Positions 27,971 through 37,909 of a stretch of DNA of 41,745 nt are shown one piece after another. The stretch comes from an uncultured Bacteriovoracaceae bacterium (GTDB taxonomy: Bacteria; Bdellovibrionota; UBA1018), in contig CAYOWB010000003.1 in NCBI GenBank assembly GCA_964407515.1, positions 1-41,745 of the forward strand, in the 5' to 3' direction. The notes under the pieces are model-generated. The model was not told the DNA's origin. It did no database searches and saw nothing but the letters and a program-made list of their open reading frames with translations. Each line of letters starts with the position of its first letter. Position 1 is the first letter of the stretch. The position numbers and the translations under genes are program-made.

Positions 27971-29119
27971 ATGGCGAAAACAAGACTTTTGAAAGCTTCT
28001 TCCTATTACGATGTGGTGTTTGACGTGGTTTACGGAAGTAATCCTGAGCTCAGTACGGCTGGGTATCAATCACAGTACCAGAAATTGATGGAGTTCTCTT
28101 TCGCCTCCGCCGATAGCTGGAAACGGTATTTGGAGGCACGCGGTGACTTCGAAGTTATGGAGGTCATCGTGAATGCTGAGAGCCTGCAAAAGGCTTGGGC
28201 TAAAGAGAACGGCATAGCTGTCCGATCGGAGGGCTGGGCTTTGAAGATCTTGGAGGCACAGATTGCCGAGTTCCGACCTGATATCGTTTTTGTTCATGAC
28301 TTCGCTATTGTAAACTCGGCCTTTCGAGTTGCTCTACGTAGGAAGTATCCCTTTATCCGTCTTATGTTCGGATGGGATGGCATAGCGATCAATGACTGTA
28401 AGATGTTTGAAGGCTGCGATCTAATGCTCACGTGTCTTTCCAAGACGGCTCAGTCTTATTCCTCCCAGGGTATGCCTGCTGAGCTATTACACTATGGCTT
28501 CGACGAGACGGTCTTGGAACGTCTTGGGTTGGTCACGCAAGATATAGAGGCTTCTTTTGTTGGGTCTATATTCCTGTGGCAAGGAGCGCATCATCGGCGT
28601 CTGGCAACTTTAGCGGCCCTTGACCGTAAATTTCCTCTCCAGTTCTGGGTTAGCGGAATGGACGAATGGCGTCCATGTTGCTCGGAGCAGCTGAGTCGAC
28701 TGAAACGCTTTCGTCTCCGGCAGTTTTCCGATGTGTGGAGGCTAGGCCAGAAGAACCGTGGAAAAGCATTCGGACTGGATATGTATCGCTTGCTGGCTCG
28801 TTCAAAGGTATCTCTAAACGTTCACATCGACAGGGCTGGAGAAGAGGCTGCAAACATTCGTCTAATAGAGGCCACAGGAACGGGTACTTGTCTCTTGACT
28901 GATTGGAAGCCTAATCTGTCGAATTGGTTTGAAGAAGACAAAGAGGTGGTCACTTTTCGGTCGTCCGGAGAGTGCGCGGAAAAGTTGAAGTGGTTGATCA
29001 ATCATCCAGCCGAGCGAGAGGCAATCGCGACGGCGGGGAGACGGCGCACCTTATCTCAGTTCTCATTTAAGAAGAGAATGAATGAAGTCTTTCCTAAGAT
29101 CTTAAGGTATCTGCCCTAG
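27971..29119 (+). CDS. CgeB-like glycosyltransferase (Glyco_trans_1_2 / DUF3880-type)
   Basis: ASFVGSIF..., SKVSLNVHIDRAGEEAANIRLIEATGTGTCLLTDWKPNLSNWFEEDKEVVTFRSSGECAEKLKWLINHPAEREAIATAGRRRTL. This fits the CgeB-family C-terminal pattern. ATG 27971 follows the wzt stop by 10 nt. Confidence 0.7.
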   Translation: MAKTRLLKASSYYDVVFDVVYGSNPELSTAGYQSQYQKLMEFSFASADSWKRYLEARGDFEVMEVIVNAESLQKAWAKENGIAVRSEGWALKILEAQIAEFRPDIVFVHDFAIVNSAFRVALRRKYPFIRLMFGWDGIAINDCKMFEGCDLMLTCLSKTAQSYSSQGMPAELLHYGFDETVLERLGLVTQDIEASFVGSIFLWQGAHHRRLATLAALDRKFPLQFWVSGMDEWRPCCSEQLSRLKRFRLRQFSDVWRLGQKNRGKAFGLDMYRLLARSKVSLNVHIDRAGEEAANIRLIEATGTGTCLLTDWKPNLSNWFEEDKEVVTFRSSGECAEKLKWLINHPAEREAIATAGRRRTLSQFSFKKRMNEVFPKILRYLP

Positions 29120-29878
29120 TTATAAACTCGACTTTGTGAGGTAGATGCGTTCACCGTTATATTCAAAGTACGGCCTTTCAAATCCTGGCATATCGAGTGC
29201 GCGGACATACCGGTCAATTTTCTCTAAGGGCCACGCGGGGTCAAGGCGCTTGACCTCCGCAATGTCTCGCTTTCGATAGAAATGCCTCGGCTTGCCCGGA
29301 AGAATATCCTCTTGATTAGTAGTCTTAACCGAACCCGAGATGAGCTCGGGTAAGGTCTGTTTGAATAGATGTATTGACTGCTCGACCGTGAAGTCCCTGA
29401 GTTCTTTGACGGTCCATCGGGGAGCAATGGGAAAGCGCTTTTGGGCAATAATTGGACCGCTATCCGCCTTGCTTGGTTCCATCAGGTGGAGGGTGGTTCC
29501 GAATTCCTGATCGCCGTTGATGATCGCGAACGAGAATTGGTTCGCTCCGCGGTACTCGGGGAGAGGAGCCATATGCAAGTTTACTGAATATCGAGACGCT
29601 GACAGTAGCTCGCTAGCGGTAAATAACCGGTGATATTGTACTGAGATTAAAATGTCGCAAGAGCCATGAGCTGTCGGCGGATCATCGAGAAGAGAGATTC
29701 CCAGGCTTCGCGCTAAGGAACGGATGTCGTGCTCTCGGACTAAATCGGCGTTTCTTGCGATGCCGGGAACTACGCCAATAACTTCGATATTAAGCTGCGA
29801 GCGACGCGAACACAGCTCTTTCAAGCATTCGCAAGCGACGTCCTTTGCTCCGCAGAACAATACGCGAACTGGACTCAC
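29120..29878 (-). CDS. Sugar N-formyltransferase (formyl_trans_N family; VioF/WbtJ/WlaRD/ArnA-N-like)
   Basis: 252 aa. ILISVQYHRLF, SVNLHMAPLPEYRGANQ (the N-x-H ... LP-YRG catalytic motif) and KADSGPIIAQ (catalytic Asp region). The GTG start overlaps the aminotransferase stop (GTGA). Confidence 0.8.
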   Translation of the reverse strand: MSPVRVLFCGAKDVACECLKELCSRRSQLNIEVIGVVPGIARNADLVREHDIRSLARSLGISLLDDPPTAHGSCDILISVQYHRLFTASELLSASRYSVNLHMAPLPEYRGANQFSFAIINGDQEFGTTLHLMEPSKADSGPIIAQKRFPIAPRWTVKELRDFTVEQSIHLFKQTLPELISGSVKTTNQEDILPGKPRHFYRKRDIAEVKRLDPAWPLEKIDRYVRALDMPGFERPYFEYNGERIYLTKSSL

Positions 29879-30978
29879 GGATGGGCCACCTCAAGAAACG
29901 CTGCGATCACTTGTGTTGCTGCTTGGTCGCTCAATTCAGGACAAAGTGGAAGGCTAATGGTCCGTTCTGCAAGTCTTTCGGCAACAGGAAGAGAACCGGC
30001 AGGCAGGCCCCACGGTGAAAATGCGGGCTGCCGGTGCAAAGGAATTGGATAATGGACGCCTGTCTGGATTCCTTTGTTGAGCAGATGCCCGGTAATCTCG
30101 TCTCGATTGGATACCTCGACTGTATAAAGGTGGTAGACAGGGGTGGCCCCGCATGCGGGCTGAATTGTTTTATACCCAAGCTTCTCCAGTTGAGAGTTAT
30201 AGAATCGAGCCAGCGCTTGTCGTCTTTCGGTCCATTCCTCTATGTATTTCATTTTAACGGAAAGAATGGCTGCTTGGACCGCATCCATTCTTTGATTGGA
30301 CCCGACGATATCATGGACATACTTCTTGCCGGTTCTTCCGTGATCGATCAGCGCTCGTACTTTGGGTGCGTCTTCTTCTTTTTGAACAAGGATGCAGCCT
30401 GCGTCGCCGTAGGCTCCAAGGTTTTTTCCGGGGTAAAAGCTAAAGGTTGCCGCGTCTCCAAAAGTACCTATCGGCGTTCCGTTAAATTGTGCCAGGTGAG
30501 CCTGGGCACAATCCTCAAGAAGCAGTACTCCTCGGCTGGCACAAATGGCCTTAATTAGGTTGAGTTTGGCTGGGGTGCCATAGATATGTACTGCAATAAC
30601 TGCCTTGACGTCGGGGCTAAGTGCCTGTTCGATGGCTGCAGGCGAGATGGTGTAGTCGTCCGGGTCGATATCGACAAATACTGGTTCCGCACCTACGTGG
30701 ACGACCGCCTCAGCCGTCGCTGCAAAGGTATTTGCAGGAACTATAACTTTGTCATTCTTCCCTACGCCAAGGGCAGCTAAGGCAATAGAAAGAGCCGAAG
30801 TTCCGTTGCTACATCCAATGACCGATTTGGCCGGATGGAAGCGTTTCAGTTTCTCTTCAAAGTTAGCGACATATTTGCCCTGAATGAAGGCCGAAGACTG
30901 GAAGACTTCGTCTACAGCAGCCAGTATTTCCGGACGTAACTTTGAATACTGTGATTGCAGATTAACTAATGGGATCAT
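29875..30978 (-). CDS. DegT/DnrJ/EryC1/StrS family PLP-dependent sugar aminotransferase (WbpE-like)
   Basis: MIPLVNLQSQYSKLRPEILAAVDEVFQSSAFIQGKYV, NGTSALSIAL, and ATFSFYPGKNLGAYGDAG (the PLP Lys is present). The homologous start is ATG 30978; the track start at 31062 adds a basic leader that overlaps the upstream gene. Confidence 0.9.
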   Translation of the reverse strand: MIPLVNLQSQYSKLRPEILAAVDEVFQSSAFIQGKYVANFEEKLKRFHPAKSVIGCSNGTSALSIALAALGVGKNDKVIVPANTFAATAEAVVHVGAEPVFVDIDPDDYTISPAAIEQALSPDVKAVIAVHIYGTPAKLNLIKAICASRGVLLLEDCAQAHLAQFNGTPIGTFGDAATFSFYPGKNLGAYGDAGCILVQKEEDAPKVRALIDHGRTGKKYVHDIVGSNQRMDAVQAAILSVKMKYIEEWTERRQALARFYNSQLEKLGYKTIQPACGATPVYHLYTVEVSNRDEITGHLLNKGIQTGVHYPIPLHRQPAFSPWGLPAGSLPVAERLAERTISLPLCPELSDQAATQVIAAFLEVAHP

Positions 30979-32053
30979 TTTCTCTAGTCCTTTGTATTCC
31001 CAAACGGCATCTCTTCGGTCGAAACCGTAGGAAGACCTCTTCGCCTGTCTCGATCGACTCATAGATCGCAGTGATTAGCTCCAAGGACTTGCGGCCTTCC
31101 AGTCCGTCCACAAGGGCAGCTTTTCCCGTCTTGACGCAGTCCACTACGTGGGTAAGGTATTGCTGGTGTCCGAATCCATACACCGTGGGTGGATTCTCGG
31201 AAAAGAGACTTAATGCTGCTCTGTCGTCTTCCGTTTCCTTATCGAATCTCCATGTCTTCAGGCTATTCACTGCAAAACCGCCGATTTCGACGGTACCTTT
31301 TTCACCTAAGATTGAGAGAGAGCCTTCCAAATCCTTTGGACGAGTGGCTGTAGTGGCCTCGATAACCCCCAGAGCTCCATTCGAAAATCTAAGAATAACG
31401 ACGCCGGTGTCCTCGGTTTCGATGTTGACCAAGGCGGTTGAAGATTTCGCGAAGACGCTTTCAACGTCCCCCATCATCCACTCAAGCAAATCTAGATGAT
31501 GGCTCGCTTGGTTTGCGAATACACCTCCGTCTAGAGACCAGGTGCCTCTCCAACTGTCTTGGTCATAGTAGTCTTGCCTACGACACCAGCGTACCCGTAC
31601 GGTTCCAAGTACCAATTTACCGAGGCGGCCAGCGTCTAATGCTTTCCTGAGTCGCTGTACTGGAACGTTATAGCGGTTTTGCTTGACCACGAATAGCCGC
31701 ACGCCAGCTTCATCGCATTCGCGGATCATGCTGTCCGCGTCTGCCAATGTTAAAGCCATCGGCTTCTCCACTACGACGTGTTTTCCGTGTCGGGCCACAG
31801 CGATACAATGTTTGGCGTGGTGTCCGCTTGGGGTCAGAACGCAGACTACATCAATGTTGTCGCCCATCTGAGAAAGCATTCGTTCCAAATCTGTAAAATG
31901 TGGAACGTTATACTTGTCTCCAAATTTCTGGGCCCGCTCTGGCACTATGTCACATACTGCTACTAGTGTGGCGTCGGGAATCCCTTTTGAAGAAAGCAGG
32001 TCGGCGTGTTTAGGAGCTATGCGGCCGCAGCCAATCAGGGCGAAGCGAAGCAT
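30962..32053 (-). CDS. Gfo/Idh/MocA family NAD-dependent sugar-nucleotide dehydrogenase (WbpB/WlbA/GnnA-like)
   Basis: MLRFALIGCGRIAPKH (Rossmann), VVVEKPMALT (EKP motif), WRGTWSLDGGVFANQASHHLDLLEWMMG. Confidence 0.88.
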   Translation of the reverse strand: MLRFALIGCGRIAPKHADLLSSKGIPDATLVAVCDIVPERAQKFGDKYNVPHFTDLERMLSQMGDNIDVVCVLTPSGHHAKHCIAVARHGKHVVVEKPMALTLADADSMIRECDEAGVRLFVVKQNRYNVPVQRLRKALDAGRLGKLVLGTVRVRWCRRQDYYDQDSWRGTWSLDGGVFANQASHHLDLLEWMMGDVESVFAKSSTALVNIETEDTGVVILRFSNGALGVIEATTATRPKDLEGSLSILGEKGTVEIGGFAVNSLKTWRFDKETEDDRAALSLFSENPPTVYGFGHQQYLTHVVDCVKTGKAALVDGLEGRKSLELITAIYESIETGEEVFLRFRPKRCRLGIQRTRENDPIS

Positions 32054-32116
32054 GGGGTTTCCTCTTAGTTGAGAAATATCACAGATTCTTCCGGGAAGTA
32101 ACTCATGAAGGGCCGA

Positions 32117-34057
32117 TCAGCCCTTTAAGAAATTATGTTCGTACCAGAGACCATGAAGAATCGGCCAGGTACGGCAGACGACCGTCCATGCCTCCACCGG
32201 AGTCGATGTTTTCCTGCTTAGGATTTTTTGGAGCTTCTTCGAGTCAACATCAATGTAGTCCGATTTCTTTGATATCTGTTCGAGAAGCCAGGGGCGTAAT
32301 GGACCTGAGAGCCACTCTGGCATTGGGGAATTAAAGCCTACCTTGTTACGGTTCAGCCTAATAGTGTCTGGCACAACGTTCTTGGTTGCTTGTCTTGCGA
32401 TCCACTTGGTGTAGCCATCTCTAAACTTTACGTCGCTTGAGAGTGACATGACAAAGCAGACCAGTCTCCAGTCCAAGAAGGGCATTCGCGATTCCACTCC
32501 ATGAGCCATTGAAAGGCGATCAAAGTTCCTCAAGATTGTAGGCAGTGTGTCAGCGTGAAACATCTTATAGTAATTGATGTTCGCTTGGCTCCAATGCTCA
32601 GGAAGTGTGTCGCAGCTTGCGAATGGTAGAGGAAAGTCGTTATTGGGCTGCCTAAAGCTAAAGAGGTCGGAGTAGGGGTCCTCATTGTGGAGGTTTATGC
32701 CGAACCTCTGTAGCTTGTGCGCTAGACGATTTGTATTGGAACGAACGGTTTGAAGGGAGCTATGATTTCTCCAAAACTCCTTGGCGGCGCTGTGCAGTCC
32801 TATCTTATGAGTCAGGCTCATAAACAGGGATGCATTTGATAAGGGGGCACGCAACAGCGAAGGGGCACTCTCTAAGAGGCACCGCTCTTCAGTCTTGTAT
32901 CCTCCCATGAGCTCGTCGGCGCCATGTCCATCTAGGCTGACCACTGTGCCTGAAGTCCTGAGCGTGCGATAGGTGCGCCAGATCGCTGTTGGGAGCGATA
33001 TGTATATTTCCTCAAAATCGTGCAAAACCTTGTCTATCTCGGTCACTGCGTCTGCTTCTGTGATTGGAACTAAGTGTGGTTTGGCGCTGGTGTGATGCAC
33101 GACTCTCATTGCGTCTTGTGTTTCGTCGTTTGCGGCGCCAGGAAAGGATGCAATATAGGCATTATGCCAGTTTTCCTGTGATCGTGAGTTGTGCTCCCTC
33201 GCCACTTCTGCGACGGTGCAGAGGATTGCGCTGGAGTCGAATCCTCCGCTCAGGCAAGTCCCAATCGGGACGTCACTTCGCATCCTCAGTTTGACTGCAT
33301 CAAAGAATAGCTCCTTAAAATGGAGGATTTGCTCCTCGTCGCTCAGTGTGGTCGTGTCTACGAGATGCTCTGAAGTGTTCCACCATCTCCAAAGCCTTGT
33401 TTCATGCTTGCTGACGAGAAGATTGTGTCCCGCTGGAAGTCGTTTCACGCCATTTAAAAGAGTCCGTTCTGTCCCCTCAATCGAGAATGGGTTTATGATT
33501 GCCTGCGTGAAAGTATCAGAATCGATACTTAAGGCTAGGGATCGACATTTCCGGAATGCCTTTGTTTCTGACGCAAAATAGAAGCTGTTCGGAGAGTTAA
33601 CATAGAATAGTGGTTTAATTCCGAAGCGATCTCGACTTAGAAATAAGTTTTCTTCCACAGAATCGTAGATCGCAAAGGCCCACATTCCATTGAAGCGGTC
33701 CGTCATGGCTGGGCCCCATTCCCGGTACGAGGCAAGAATAACCTCCGTATCGGAGTCGGACAAGAAAGAGTGACCTTTCTTCTTTAGAGCTTCTCGGATT
33801 TCGATGAAGTTGAATATTTCGCCATTGAAGCAGATATGGTGGCGGTAGTCCTTGCTGTGCATGGGCTGAGCGCCTGAGTCTGATAGGTCCAGAATGGAGA
33901 GGCGCCTATGACCCAGTCCTGCGTTGCGTTTGGTGGGCGAGATCCAATAGCCGGCTGCGTCCGGGCCCCGATGACTTAGGCTATCTGTGAAACCTTGTAA
34001 GTGAAGAAGATCGATGGGGCGGCCATCGAAATTCAATATTCCTGTGATGCCGCACAT
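32117..34057 (-). CDS. asnB: Asparagine synthase (glutamine-hydrolysing) family amidotransferase (WbpS-like, glycan-locus paralogue)
   Basis: MCGITGILNFDG (N-terminal nucleophile Cys2), HRGPDAAGYW, and CLSGGFDSSAI (SGGxDS PP-loop). 646 aa. Confidence 0.9.
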   Translation of the reverse strand: MCGITGILNFDGRPIDLLHLQGFTDSLSHRGPDAAGYWISPTKRNAGLGHRRLSILDLSDSGAQPMHSKDYRHHICFNGEIFNFIEIREALKKKGHSFLSDSDTEVILASYREWGPAMTDRFNGMWAFAIYDSVEENLFLSRDRFGIKPLFYVNSPNSFYFASETKAFRKCRSLALSIDSDTFTQAIINPFSIEGTERTLLNGVKRLPAGHNLLVSKHETRLWRWWNTSEHLVDTTTLSDEEQILHFKELFFDAVKLRMRSDVPIGTCLSGGFDSSAILCTVAEVAREHNSRSQENWHNAYIASFPGAANDETQDAMRVVHHTSAKPHLVPITEADAVTEIDKVLHDFEEIYISLPTAIWRTYRTLRTSGTVVSLDGHGADELMGGYKTEERCLLESAPSLLRAPLSNASLFMSLTHKIGLHSAAKEFWRNHSSLQTVRSNTNRLAHKLQRFGINLHNEDPYSDLFSFRQPNNDFPLPFASCDTLPEHWSQANINYYKMFHADTLPTILRNFDRLSMAHGVESRMPFLDWRLVCFVMSLSSDVKFRDGYTKWIARQATKNVVPDTIRLNRNKVGFNSPMPEWLSGPLRPWLLEQISKKSDYIDVDSKKLQKILSRKTSTPVEAWTVVCRTWPILHGLWYEHNFLKG

Positions 34058-34222
34058 TCCTGACGAGAGTTGAATAGCTGATGGCGGAAGTCAACAGGAA
34101 AGGACGGCTCCGCAGAAGCTAGCTGGCAGCCTGGCCAGAGGCCACTATTCATCTTGAAGAGTAACAACGGAGTCGCTAGCTTTCAGGTCTTAGACTTCAG
34201 AAACGCGGATGTGCGCTTAGTT

Positions 34223-35152
34223 ATGATGCCTATTTGTGGAGGGCGTAAATATGGGGCTGATCCTGTGGAACCAACAGTAAGCGTTGTTTTAGCTTCATAT
34301 AATAGGAAGGCTTTCTTGAAGAGGACCCTGCAGAGTATTCGCTCGGAAGCTGGCGGACTAGTAAGGGAGATTATCGTCGTTGACGGAGGATCTTCCGACG
34401 GGTCAGTCGGCTGGCTCGCCTCGCAAAGGGACGTCATAACGATCATTCAACACAATCGTGGGAGATGGCGTGGACAACCATTGCGGAGAAGAAGCTGGGG
34501 TTATTTCATAAACCTCGCTTTCAAGGCTGCCTCCGGCAAGTATCTTCTGATGGTGAGTGACGATTGCTTAGTGCAGTCGGATGCAGTTACGGGTGGGGTT
34601 GAATTCTTTGAGAAGGAGCTGGCGGCTGGCAATAAGGTAGGAGCAGTTCCATTCTATTGGCGAAACTGGCCGGAAATGTCCGACTATTGGGTAGGGCGAA
34701 CGCTTGGTGGTGTGCATTTTGTAAACCATGGCTTGTATTTGGCACAGGCTATTTCAGAAGTGGGTTATGCAAGTGAAGAGCCTTATCAGTTCTATTGTGC
34801 TGACGGTGACCTTTGTTTGAAAATGCATCAGCGAGGATGGCTAATAAAGCCGTGTGGAGATGCATTCATTGATCACTACAGTCATGCAAATGTCAGTGTA
34901 AGAAAGTCTAACGACTTGTTTGAGGCTGACTATGCGGCCTATCTGGAGCGCTGGAGTGGAATATACGATCCGGCCGGGCAGGGGTGGGATTGGCGGAAGG
35001 TCGATTCAGGACTTGAGGCGTGCATGAGCGAAAGGACGGCGCAGTCGTGGTGCTGGTTGCACCGTTTCAATGTGGGAAGGCTAACCGAACAGGGAAAAGA
35101 CTGGCTGCAGAATAAGCTGAATCGTTTACGATATCGCGTGAGGGGACGCTGA
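34223..35152 (+). CDS. GT2 family glycosyltransferase
   Basis: VSVVLASYNRKAFLKRTLQSI, IIVVDGGSSDGS, LLMVSDDC. I prefer ATG 34223 over TTG 34154. Confidence 0.8.
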   Translation: MMPICGGRKYGADPVEPTVSVVLASYNRKAFLKRTLQSIRSEAGGLVREIIVVDGGSSDGSVGWLASQRDVITIIQHNRGRWRGQPLRRRSWGYFINLAFKAASGKYLLMVSDDCLVQSDAVTGGVEFFEKELAAGNKVGAVPFYWRNWPEMSDYWVGRTLGGVHFVNHGLYLAQAISEVGYASEEPYQFYCADGDLCLKMHQRGWLIKPCGDAFIDHYSHANVSVRKSNDLFEADYAAYLERWSGIYDPAGQGWDWRKVDSGLEACMSERTAQSWCWLHRFNVGRLTEQGKDWLQNKLNRLRYRVRGR

Positions 35153-35155
35153 CTC

Positions 35156-35845
35156 ATGTCGTTTGTTCATCCAAAGATTGTTGAGCTGAGAAAAATACAT
35201 TTGGGATGCGGCCAGAAATATCTGTCTGGTTACGTCAATATCGACTTTCCCATTTCAGAGCACACGGTTCAGGAGAGGTCGCTGGCTGATGTACATCACG
35301 ACTTACTGGAGCTGCGCCTTAATGCCGCTAGTCTGGATGAGATTCGCCTTCATCACGTTTTTGAACACTTTCCTCGTCCCGTCGCTTTGGCTCTGCTCGC
35401 TGCTTGGGCACGTTGGTTAAGGCCGGGCGGAAAGCTTCATGTAGAAGTGCCTGACTTCACAAGGACTGCGTTAAGCGTTTTGAATCCACTGAAAAGTGAT
35501 CGAGCTAGGCGGACCGGATTGCGGCATTTGTTCGGATCGAACGAGGCTGAATGGGCGACCCACTATGAGGGTTGGACGAGAAGGAACTTCGTGGAGGCAG
35601 CGAAGTTCATGGGCTTCCCCAAGATTTCGGTGCAGAGGTCTTGTTGGCAGAATACGTTTAACATTGAGTTCTTCGCCGTTACCTCGGACGTGTTGCCTTC
35701 CCGCGATGGGGCAGTTCGAAATGCACGGCAATTTCTCAAGGGGTTCACCCTCGATGATTCTGTGGGCGAGCTAAGATTGCTAGACATATGGATTAAGGAG
35801 TTCCAACAGCAGTTAGAGAAGTCGTGGCCCGAAGAGAGTCACTGA
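35156..35845 (+). CDS. Class I SAM-dependent methyltransferase (Methyltransf_11/23-like)
   Basis: KIHLGCGQKYLSGYVNIDF, IRLHHVFEHF, LRPGGKLHVEVPDF. Confidence 0.75.
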   Translation: MSFVHPKIVELRKIHLGCGQKYLSGYVNIDFPISEHTVQERSLADVHHDLLELRLNAASLDEIRLHHVFEHFPRPVALALLAAWARWLRPGGKLHVEVPDFTRTALSVLNPLKSDRARRTGLRHLFGSNEAEWATHYEGWTRRNFVEAAKFMGFPKISVQRSCWQNTFNIEFFAVTSDVLPSRDGAVRNARQFLKGFTLDDSVGELRLLDIWIKEFQQQLEKSWPEESH

Positions 35846-37008
35846 TTGGTCTGCTGATAGAGCTTCAGGTATTGCTCGGCAATCTTCTGCCATGTGAATC
35901 GCTCTTGCCATGCTTTGTATCCTGATTCCGACAACTGCTTGAGCTGCTTTGTGTCGTCTTTCAACTCTCTCAGTTTTGCGGCCGACTCGTCAATGATGGC
36001 ATGGGCCTGTCCGGACTTGTCCGTTACCGTTGGAAGAATCTGCCCGCCCCTGGACCACTCGACGATTTCGGATGCGTTTCCCACATCCGTCGTTAGGAAA
36101 GGGGTTTTTGATGCCATGGCCTCGAAGAGCACAATCGGGGAACACTCAATATTGGATGGGAAAAGAAACAGGTCGGCAGCCAAGTATGCCAACACGGTCA
36201 TTTCGCGGTCGAGTTCCAAATTTCTAATGGAAATGCCTCTTCCCGCAATACGTGCCGATAAGTTGTGCCAGAACGCTTGCCAATGGCATCGTCGGGCGCA
36301 GCCGTCCTGGAAACCGTTCCCCACGACCAGCAGTGTCGCTTCTCTAATCTCCGAAGCCATGAGGATCCTCATGGCGTCTTCATGCCCTTTGGCTCCTGTG
36401 TGTGAGCCCACGTGAAGCAATAGGAAGTGGTTTTCGGGTACCCCAAGCTTCTTTCGGAAGTCGGCCGCCGGCTCCCGTAGGAACTCCTCTTCGGCGGCTC
36501 CGTTTGGAATGATCGTGATGTTTCTAGCCCCGTGTTGACGCGCAAAGTCGATGTCCCGGTATGAATTCGAAAGGTAAACCGATGCATCGAAGGCCCGAAT
36601 CCAGCCTTTCATCTTTTCGAAGTAATCTCTAAACTCAGCCCGATACAGACCAGAGAAGCCACACGGAACGAAAACTTTTAGCGACGGTAAACGGGGCAGA
36701 ATGTCGAGAAGAGCGTCCGTGGTCCACTGCTGAGCGGCGTAGCACATAACAACGTCGAAACCCTGGCTAAGAACATATTCCCGGAATTCGTTTATTTCAC
36801 CCTGGAGGCCAAAAGTTAGATTGCCGCTCGCTTTGAATTGACGGATTTTTACTCGGTTCAGTTCCGTGAAGGTACGTTCGGGCAACCAGGAGGTAGCCAC
36901 CGTGACATCGTGCCCTTCGCGAGCCAATCGTTCCGAGATCTGCCGAACTACTTCTTGTGCTCCGCCCTTGGAGGGATGATAGAACTCGACGCAATGAAGG
37001 ACTCTCAC
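35839..37008 (-). CDS. GT-B fold glycosyltransferase, family 4 type
   Basis: VRVLHCVEFYHPSKGGAQEVVRQISERLAREGHDVTV, and FLFPSNIECSPIVLFEAMASKTPFLTTDVGNASEIV. GTG 37008 overlaps the upstream stop (GTGA), with AAGGA 8 nt upstream. The track start at 37125 would overlap the upstream gene by 120 nt. Confidence 0.85.
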   Translation of the reverse strand: MRVLHCVEFYHPSKGGAQEVVRQISERLAREGHDVTVATSWLPERTFTELNRVKIRQFKASGNLTFGLQGEINEFREYVLSQGFDVVMCYAAQQWTTDALLDILPRLPSLKVFVPCGFSGLYRAEFRDYFEKMKGWIRAFDASVYLSNSYRDIDFARQHGARNITIIPNGAAEEEFLREPAADFRKKLGVPENHFLLLHVGSHTGAKGHEDAMRILMASEIREATLLVVGNGFQDGCARRCHWQAFWHNLSARIAGRGISIRNLELDREMTVLAYLAADLFLFPSNIECSPIVLFEAMASKTPFLTTDVGNASEIVEWSRGGQILPTVTDKSGQAHAIIDESAAKLRELKDDTKQLKQLSESGYKAWQERFTWQKIAEQYLKLYQQTNQ

Positions 37009-37865
37009 AAAGGTTTCCTTCGGTGCGAAAGCTGTCCTCTGAGCTTTGCCCGCAATGCTTGCAGATGCCGGCCGCTCCACCAAATAAAATAAACCAAACC
37101 CGGTTTTCCGAAGATCTGCCGGCAATGTCGTCTAATAAGCCACCGCCAGAAGTCTGTCATGACCGCCCACTCTTGGTCCCGCGAGTCGGTCAGGCCTTCT
37201 GTCCGGATGCTGGTGGCCGGCGTGTCTCGATATTTGAGCTCCGGTGACTCCAGGCAGACGAAGGGGGACATCGTTGATATTCGTAACCAGAGGCCGTAGT
37301 CCTCGAGTGCTTTTAATTCCGGTGATTCAGGAAAGCCTTCTACTCGTCGCAGGAGGGACCGGTGAATGAGGGCTGAACTACAGATTACGAGGTTAGAGCG
37401 GACTAAGGCCCATGTGGTGAGCGTTGACGGAAGCGTAGGCAGCAGGAGCGTTTCTGCCGTCGTGCCTGGTATCCATCTCCACGCATTGGTGCAGCAGGCC
37501 AGCGCTCTGGTGCCGCGTAGACGCTCCAATTGTCGTTCGATCTTCGTTGGAAGCCATTCGTCATCGCTATCGAGAAATGCCAGCCAATCGCCCTTCGCAA
37601 GCATGATTCCCCGATTTCTGGGGATGGCGGGACGCCCGGCTCTGGGGCCAGTGACCCAAATTACTCGGGGATCGTGAATCGCCTCGACCACTGCCTTGCT
37701 GTTGTCCGTGGATCCGTCGTCACAGACAAGAACTTCAGCCACTGAGACAGTCTGTTTAAGGACGCTGCGGATCGCGAGTTCCAAAGTGTCCGCACGATTA
37801 TAGGTTGGGATAATGACCGAAATCGTAGGGTGGTCTTTGAGCTGATTCACGGAATGAGTAGACAT
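37005..37865 (-). CDS. GT2 family glycosyltransferase
   Basis: ISVIIPTYNRADTLELAIRSVLKQT, VLVCDDGSTDNS, AFLDSDDEW. Confidence 0.88.
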   Translation of the reverse strand: MSTHSVNQLKDHPTISVIIPTYNRADTLELAIRSVLKQTVSVAEVLVCDDGSTDNSKAVVEAIHDPRVIWVTGPRAGRPAIPRNRGIMLAKGDWLAFLDSDDEWLPTKIERQLERLRGTRALACCTNAWRWIPGTTAETLLLPTLPSTLTTWALVRSNLVICSSALIHRSLLRRVEGFPESPELKALEDYGLWLRISTMSPFVCLESPELKYRDTPATSIRTEGLTDSRDQEWAVMTDFWRWLIRRHCRQIFGKPGLVYFIWWSGRHLQALRAKLRGQLSHRRKPL

Positions 37866-37909
37866 GAGATGATTGGATATTGCAAGCAGGGCTCGGTAAG
37901 CCTGGACAG

